From: a virus
Lineage: Duplodnaviria > Heunggongvirae > Uroviricota > Caudoviricetes
IMG/VR virus record: IMGVR_UViG_2563366822_000006
DNA: 5,042 nucleotides
Direction: 5' to 3' (one strand)
Shown piece after piece: positions 1 to 5,042 of this stretch; position 1 is the stretch's first letter; the number at the start of each line of letters is the position of its first letter. Under the pieces are notes generated by a model. The model did not search any database, was not told the origin of the DNA, and was given only the letters and a program-made list of their open reading frames with translations. The translations under genes and the position numbers were made by a program.

Positions 1-185
1 GCGCTGAAATTTCTTTTTTTCATTGGAGCACCTGTGTTGTTCTGAGGTGAGCATATCACCTCTGTTCAGGTGGCCAAATTCAGTGTGCCACTTCAGGGAT
101 TATTATCGGGTGCACTGATGCTGTATCGACAAATTATCATGACCGTACATCATATTACTCCGATAAAGCAATAGAGACACAGTAT

Positions 186-482
186 GTGAGTTCATCTGAA
201 CGTACTTCTGATGTTAGTGAGGATATCCGTCTGTATGCCCATCAAATCAAGAGCGCCATCGAAAAACAGTTCGGGGATGCGAGTAAGTATTCAGGAAAAG
301 AGTGTACACTGAGAATGCATATGGCCCCGAATGGCCTTCTACTGGAGGTTAAAAGAGAAAGTGGAGACCTCGATTTATGTCGTGAAGCGATGAATGCGAT
401 AAAGAATGCTGATATACCTGCCCCCCCTTCGCCGGAAGTATATAAAGTATTTCAAAATGGGGTGCTGGATTTTAAACCCTGA
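186..482 (+). CDS. TolA C-terminal domain (domain III)-like protein, no recognisable signal peptide; possibly a decayed or frameshifted paralog
   Basis: The 98-aa translation aligns by eye to E. coli TolA domain III (YAxQIKSAIE...GKxCTLR...APxGxLL...GDxxLC...PPSxxVYxVFxNxxLDFKP, ending in the same DFKP C-terminus) and keeps both cysteines of the TolAIII disulfide. The start is GTG (186) with only a weak Shine-Dalgarno sequence, and the in-frame upstream stretch (51-185) has no start codon. Confidence 0.6.
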   Translation: MSSSERTSDVSEDIRLYAHQIKSAIEKQFGDASKYSGKECTLRMHMAPNGLLLEVKRESGDLDLCREAMNAIKNADIPAPPSPEVYKVFQNGVLDFKP

Positions 483-524
483 TATTTATTGTTTTGTAAT
501 AAACGGTTTCGGCTTAGGTTTGTT

Positions 525-553
525 CTGACACAACTACGGCACTGAGCTAAATT
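525..553 (+). promoter_or_regulatory. Candidate sigma70 promoter for the TolA-like lipoprotein gene (-35 CTGACA, 17-bp spacer, -10 TAAATT)
   Basis: Hexamers read directly from the sequence about 80 bp upstream of the GTG at 633; the match to consensus is partial. Confidence 0.25.
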
Positions 554-632
554 TAGCGGATAGTCAGCTCTGAGCCAGTGGCGGACGTAACAACTACTAT
601 TGCTGAGATTTTAATGGATTGAGGAGCAAGAA

Positions 633-1028
633 GTGGGATTAAAGAAAATCGTTATGTTGACTTTTGGGGTCGGTTTTGTTGCGGGATGCACACCTTTACA
701 CCCTTCAGATTGCCACAAAACTACTGCTACAGGTAGTTGCAGTTCAGGACGCTGGGATGATCAGGATGAATGGGGGGCGCAAGCGCGGGGAATCAGAGCT
801 GCAATTAATGCCAAACTTGATGAGCCGCATAACTGGAAAGGGAAAAAATGCAGGTTGCATATGGAATTCTCTCAGGATGGCACGGCGTTAAAAATATCTA
901 CCAGTAACGGTGATAAAGCCTATTGCGAAGCGATAAAGTCCGCAGCTCATAAAGCCAAATTTCCGGCCTTCAACAATCCGGAAGTCTACAGAGATTTTCA
1001 GAAATCTGGCTTTGACATGCGAGGTTAG
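633..1028 (+). CDS. Predicted lipoprotein carrying a TolA domain III-like fold
   Basis: GTG start 6 nt after the Shine-Dalgarno sequence GAGGAG (621-626). The N-terminus MGLKKIVMLTFGVGFVAGC has a basic n-region, a hydrophobic h-region and the lipobox VAGC. The C-terminal ~80 aa conserve the TolAIII pattern (GKKCRL...DG.L...GD..YCEA...AK.P....PEVY.DF) including the two-cysteine pair. Confidence 0.7.
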   Translation: MGLKKIVMLTFGVGFVAGCTPLHPSDCHKTTATGSCSSGRWDDQDEWGAQARGIRAAINAKLDEPHNWKGKKCRLHMEFSQDGTALKISTSNGDKAYCEAIKSAAHKAKFPAFNNPEVYRDFQKSGFDMRG

Positions 1029-1153
1029 CTCTTCAATTACTATATCTCATTCATAGCAAACTGACAGATTTGATGATGTTCTATATACGAAACCTGTGAT
1101 GTCAAGTCTGAGCTAATACAAATAAACATAATATCAGAGAAATACATTTTATT

Positions 1154-1177
1154 AGCTCGCTACGGCGAGCTTTTTAT
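1154..1177 (+). terminator. Rho-independent terminator (stem AGCTCGC / GCGAGCT, loop TACG, then TTTTTAT)
   Basis: Perfect 7-bp GC-rich inverted repeat followed directly by a T-tract, between the TolA-like lipoprotein gene and the holin gene. It could be a moron terminator or a tR'-like late terminator. Confidence 0.6.
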
Positions 1178-1279
1178 ATTGCATCGTCTCCAGCATATAT
1201 ATCAATTAAGGCTCTGATTGATGTGTCTGGAAGCCTACACATAATAACTATGCCATCCGTTCCGTGCGGAGGTGAGGCT

Positions 1280-1495
1280 ATGAAATCCATGGACAAAATT
1301 TCAACAGGCATTGCCTACGGCACCTCCGCAGGCAGTGCTGGCTACTGGTTTTTACAGCTGCTCGATAAAGTCACGCCCTCACAGTGGGCAGCAATAGGTG
1401 TGCTGGGTAGCCTGGTATTTGGCCTGCTGACGTACCTGACAAATCTTTATTTCAAGATTAAAGAAGACAGGCGTAAGGCTGCGAGAGGAGAGTAA
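1280..1495 (+). CDS. S: Class II holin, S21-type pinholin with dual-start motif (antiholin/holin)
   Basis: The 71-aa product [71 protein letters not shown] is near-identical to my recollection of phage 21 S21 / E. coli EssD-EssQ. The Met1-Lys2-Ser3-Met4 dual start is present, with the Shine-Dalgarno sequence GGAGGTGAGG just upstream. The ORF-track start at 1223 is an in-frame artefactual extension. Confidence 0.9.
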   Translation: MKSMDKISTGIAYGTSAGSAGYWFLQLLDKVTPSQWAAIGVLGSLVFGLLTYLTNLYFKIKEDRRKAARGE

Positions 1496-1499
1496 TCCA

Positions 1500-1807
1500 A
1501 TGACTCAAGACTATGAACTGGTTGTGAAAGGAGTCCGTAATTTTGAGAATAAAGTTACGGTAACTGTAGCCTTACAGGACAAAGAACGCTTTGACGGTGA
1601 AATTTTTGGCCTGGATGTCGCCATGGACCGTGTTGAAGGAGCTGCGCTGGAGTTTTATGAGGCAGCAGCCAGAATGAGCGTCCGGCAAGTCTTCCTGGAA
1701 GTAGCAGAAAAATTGTCAGAAAAAGTTGAGTCTTATCTGCAGCATCAGTACTCCTTTAAGATTGAAAATCCTGCCAATAAGCACGAGCGTCCTCATCATA
1801 AATATCT

Positions 1808-1811
<4 letters not shown>
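1500..1811 (+). CDS. ydfR: YdfR-like (DUF1327) prophage protein of unknown function, inside the lysis cassette
   Basis: 103-aa ORF sitting between holin and endolysin, the same size and position as ydfR in the E. coli Qin prophage. Its ATG lies 4 nt after the holin stop and its stop overlaps the endolysin start (ATGA). Confidence 0.75.
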
Positions 1812-2835
<1,024 letters not shown>

Positions 2836-3195
2836 ATTAATATTAAATCGGATTATTTTTAGCGCTGAATGTGAAATTTAAATAAAAAGGACTCTTCCAT
2901 GAGTCAAAATCCTTGAAATCTTAAGGGTAAGATAAAAGGTCATTAGACAGAATGACACGTTTTATTAATAAATAAAGCTATTGTTTCATTCGTGTGTTTT
3001 TCTTTACAAAAGTAATCCTTGCTATGGTTGGTTAATCATGCGTTAATGGTGTTCTGGTTTGTTACAAAATTATCTGAAGCAGTCATTGTTATAATTTTAT
3101 TATTTGTACCTCTTGAGATTTCCTTGTTGGTTTTTCTCTCTGATATTTTTTTTCGGACCATTCTGCCCAAGGGCTAACTTCTTCAAAAGGTAATA
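2836..3195 (+). promoter_or_regulatory. AT-rich promoter and long 5' leader region of the cold-shock gene (CspA-family-type leader)
   Basis: A 360-bp AT-rich non-coding stretch with no ORF longer than a few codons. CspA-family genes characteristically have long 5' UTRs; a -10-like GTTAAT (3042-3047) lies 17 bp downstream of TTGCTA (3019-3024). Exact promoter and transcription start are not determinable from sequence alone. Confidence 0.35.
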
Positions 3196-3411
3196 ATGAT
3201 GTCTAACAAAATGACTGGTTTAGTGAAATGGTTTAACCCTGAAAAAGGTTTTGGTTTCATCACGCCGAAAGATGGTAGCAAAGATGTGTTTGTGCATTTC
3301 TCAGCTATTCAGAGCAACGATTTCAAAACGTTAACTGAGAATCAGGAAGTCGAATTTGGTATTGAGAACGGACCTAAAGGCCCTGCAGCTGTTCATGTAG
3401 TGGCACTTTGA
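3196..3411 (+). CDS. cspI: Cold-shock protein, CspA family (CspI-like, prophage-encoded)
   Basis: Translation [71 protein letters not shown] carries the cold-shock-domain RNP1 (KGFGFI) and RNP2 (VFVHF) motifs. It differs from my recollection of CspA, CspB and CspG and matches CspI. Shine-Dalgarno AAGG is upstream; the true start may be the second ATG (3199). Confidence 0.9.
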   Translation: MMSNKMTGLVKWFNPEKGFGFITPKDGSKDVFVHFSAIQSNDFKTLTENQEVEFGIENGPKGPAAVHVVAL

Positions 3412-3615
3412 GGTAGAAAATATTACAAACCATATTCACTTTAGATGCCCGTGTTGCCATGGTTCTCAGTATAGAACATCATCTTTTGATGTTTCTGACA
3501 GAAATCCTTTCGGGGCAAAATGTATCTTTTGTAAATCAATGATGATTACATTTGATAATATTTCACAATACTTAAATGTTAGCCATCTGTCGTTAGATTT
3601 AAGAAAGTGAAAATG

Positions 3616-3638
3616 AAGGCTCCTTCGGGAGCTTTTTT
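3616..3638 (+). terminator. Rho-independent terminator (stem GGCTCC / GGAGC(T), UUCG tetraloop, T6 tract)
   Basis: Hairpin plus T-tract read directly. It lies about 200 bp after the cspI stop and about 45 bp before the next ORF. An A-rich 5' flank makes it potentially bidirectional. Confidence 0.55.
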
Positions 3639-3682
3639 GCTTAGTGTCTAGTCGATGGATACTCACATATTACGGTAACATT

Positions 3683-3913
3683 ATGAAAAAAATAATAGTT
3701 TTTTTTAACTCTGAACCAGCAATGGTAGTGCCAGTGATGACCGGAGTTAACACCATCATGCGTGAATATCCAAATGGCGAAACAACACACCTCACTGTAA
3801 TGGCTGCAGGGTTTCCATCTCTGACCGGAGATCATAAAGTCATTTATGTAGCAGCGGATCGACATGTAACTTCAGAAGAAATTCTGGAAGCAGCAATGAG
3901 ACTCTTGAATTGA
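3683..3913 (+). CDS. Small hypothetical prophage protein (possibly YnfN-like); start codon uncertain
   Basis: ORF in the position ynfN occupies in the Qin prophage (cspI - ynfN - gnsB). In-frame ATGs at 3683, 3722, 3737 and 3758; the 3758 start gives a 51-aa product with a GGAG about 11 nt upstream. I cannot recall a reference sequence, so there is no direct homology support. Confidence 0.45.
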   Translation: MKKIIVFFNSEPAMVVPVMTGVNTIMREYPNGETTHLTVMAAGFPSLTGDHKVIYVAADRHVTSEEILEAAMRLLN

Positions 3914-4030
3914 TTTGATTCTAATGCATTGATAATAAATGATAATCATCTTTATCTGTTTGTGTGAAATTTAGACCGTCGTATGTTGATTATTGCGATG
4001 TTTCATCTTATCTTTTATACGTTTGCTCCA

Positions 4031-4036
4031 TATAAT
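4031..4036 (+). promoter_or_regulatory. Candidate -10 hexamer (TATAAT) upstream of the gnsB-like gene
   Basis: Perfect consensus -10 about 50 bp before the start codon. No good -35 at 16-18 bp spacing; a TTGACA at 4036-4041 overlaps it. Confidence 0.25.
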
Positions 4037-4082
4037 TGACACTACTGTGTACCAGGACAGTCATAACAGACTAAAAGAGGAA

Positions 4083-4259
4083 ATGATGAACATTGAAGAG
4101 TTAAAAACAAAAACAGAAGCAGATATTTCTGAATATATAACAAAAAAAATCATTGAGCTTAAGAAAAAGACCGGGAAAGAAGTTACCAGTATCCAGTTTA
4201 CTGCACGGGAAAAAATGACTGGTCTTGAAAGCTATGATATCAAGATTGATTTAATCTAG
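4083..4259 (+). CDS. gnsB: GnsA/GnsB-family protein
   Basis: Product MMNIEELKTKTEADISEYITKKIIELKKKTGKEVTSIQFTAREKMTGLESYDIKIDLI matches my recollection of the 57-aa GnsA/GnsB family (MNIEELK...TGKEV...FTAREKMTGLESYD.KI). Strong Shine-Dalgarno AAGAGGA before ATG 4083. The ORF-track start at 3993 is an artefactual extension. Confidence 0.85.
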   Translation: MMNIEELKTKTEADISEYITKKIIELKKKTGKEVTSIQFTAREKMTGLESYDIKIDLI

Positions 4260-4324
4260 CATGTTTATAGTATTAGCATCAATTTCTCATCAGATGCTAT
4301 TCAACAATACAAATTACCCATAAA

Positions 4325-4347
4325 CCTCGTTTTTACGGGGTTTTGTT
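4325..4347 (+). terminator. Putative intrinsic terminator (stem CCTCG / CGGGG with one G-U pair, loop TTTTTA, then TTTTGTT)
   Basis: Short hairpin followed by a T-tract about 65 bp downstream of the gnsB-like stop. The stem is short, so confidence is low. Confidence 0.4.
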
Positions 4348-4554
4348 ATATTTAAACATTACCGAATAGATATAAATCTCGATTGTCGATGGTATTGGTT
4401 GTGTGACAATACCTAGTCTTTCCGGTATGCCTGAAGAGAATACAAACGACAGATTATGTAAGGGAAACGCGCTGAAACTTTCACTCTTTCATGCTGAGTG
4501 ATTTGACGTTATATTTTTAGCCGCAAGTGAAGAGCAAACGAATGGAGCGACAAA

Positions 4555-4761
4555 ATGCATAAAGATCAATACACTGATGCCCCCTCCCAGGAGCAGGTTC
4601 GTGTAAAAACTATGCTTAATAGCACCATTTCGATGGGTTACCCGGATGTTGTAATTGCATGTATAGAACATCAAGTATCTCTGGAAGCATTCAGGGCAAT
4701 TGAGGCCGCGTTAGTAAAGCACGATAAGAATACGAAGGATTATTCCTTGGTGGTTGACTGA
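4555..4761 (+). CDS. Hypothetical small prophage protein (possibly YdfO/DUF1398-like by position; unverified)
   Basis: 68-aa ORF with Shine-Dalgarno GGAG 8 nt before the ATG, in the position ydfO occupies after gnsB in Qin-like prophages. I cannot confirm homology from memory. Confidence 0.45.
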   Translation: MHKDQYTDAPSQEQVRVKTMLNSTISMGYPDVVIACIEHQVSLEAFRAIEAALVKHDKNTKDYSLVVD

Positions 4762-4855
4762 TCACCATAACTGCTAACCATTCTGACCATTTCACAATGT
4801 GTAAGTTCACAGAGATATTGCAATTGCCTCCGGATAAGTAAGGGGAGATTGCACT

Positions 4856-5023
4856 ATGCAAATGCAGCATCTGATGGTTGGCTATCCTAAGTACTACCAA
4901 ACGGCCGATTATGCGTTGAGGCTTTCAGTGATGGCTGATATAGCAACAATGAAGTGGTCAACAAAAACTGGCCACCGAGTTAGAGTTTTTCCAGTATCGA
5001 TTTTCCGATTCGTTTGGGGGTAA
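4856..5023 (+). CDS. Hypothetical small ORF (55 aa); may be a gene remnant
   Basis: ATG preceded by Shine-Dalgarno AAGGGGA (4840-4846), ending at TAA 5021-5023. It is absent from the ORF track (below the length cut-off) and shares a weak GYP-centred motif with the preceding ORF. Confidence 0.25.
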   Translation: MQMQHLMVGYPKYYQTADYALRLSVMADIATMKWSTKTGHRVRVFPVSIFRFVWG

Positions 5024-5042
5024 TCCACCGTTATATTCGTGC

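Noticed and set aside
664-891. 75-aa ORF on the + strand in an alternative frame
   Set aside because: Entirely inside the TolA-like lipoprotein gene, which has the better ribosome-binding site, signal peptide and homology; likely a frame artefact.
1223-1279. N-terminal extension of the holin ORF ([19 protein letters not shown]...)
   Set aside because: The S21-type holin begins at the MKSM dual-start motif at 1280 with a strong Shine-Dalgarno sequence just upstream; the extension has no ribosome-binding site and matches no holin sequence.
2884-2905. Small hairpin (GACTC-ttccat-GAGTC) that would have a T-tract if read on the minus strand
   Set aside because: Only a 5-bp stem and no minus-strand gene for it to terminate; probably chance in AT-rich sequence.
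3466-3865. Reverse-strand ORFs of 66 and 74 aa (3466-3666 and 3641-3865)
   Set aside because: In an AT-rich intergenic region or antisense to the ynfN-like ORF, with no ribosome-binding site and no recognisable motifs; the first spans the + strand terminator.
3993-4082. N-terminal extension of the gnsB-like ORF (MRCFILSFIRLLHIIDTTVYQDSHNRLKEE)
   Set aside because: The Gns family is about 57 aa and the conserved sequence begins at MNIEELK with a strong Shine-Dalgarno sequence at 4073-4080; the extension covers promoter-like AT-rich DNA.
4489-4900. Reverse-strand ORFs of 61 and 69 aa (4489-4674 and 4691-4900)
   Set aside because: Antisense to the 68-aa + strand ORF and its flanks, with no ribosome-binding sites and no domain signatures.
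4762-5042. Possible lambdoid cos site or start of a terminase small-subunit gene
   Set aside because: By synteny cos/Nu1 might follow, but no lambda or phage 21-like cosN sequence (GGGCGGCGACCT) or terminase-like ORF is visible in the window.

Overview
This window reads as the late/lysis region of a lambdoid (E. coli Qin-like) prophage, with every supported gene on the + strand. From 5' to 3': two tandem small genes encoding TolA C-terminal (domain III)-like proteins (one leaderless, one a predicted lipoprotein), closed by a strong intrinsic terminator; then a tightly coupled lysis cassette (S21-type pinholin, a YdfR-like 103-aa protein, a SAR endolysin, and Rz with Rz1 embedded in the +1 frame); then a visibly AT-rich moron block (CspA-family cold-shock gene matching CspI, a YnfN-like small ORF, a GnsA/GnsB-family gene, and two small ORFs of uncertain identity). 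No tRNA, rRNA, CRISPR array, transposase or recognisable cos site was seen. The most unusual content is the TolA-domain-III pair, which I propose, as inference only, acts as a periplasmic Tol-Pal decoy. All homology calls rest on my recall of protein families, not on a database search.
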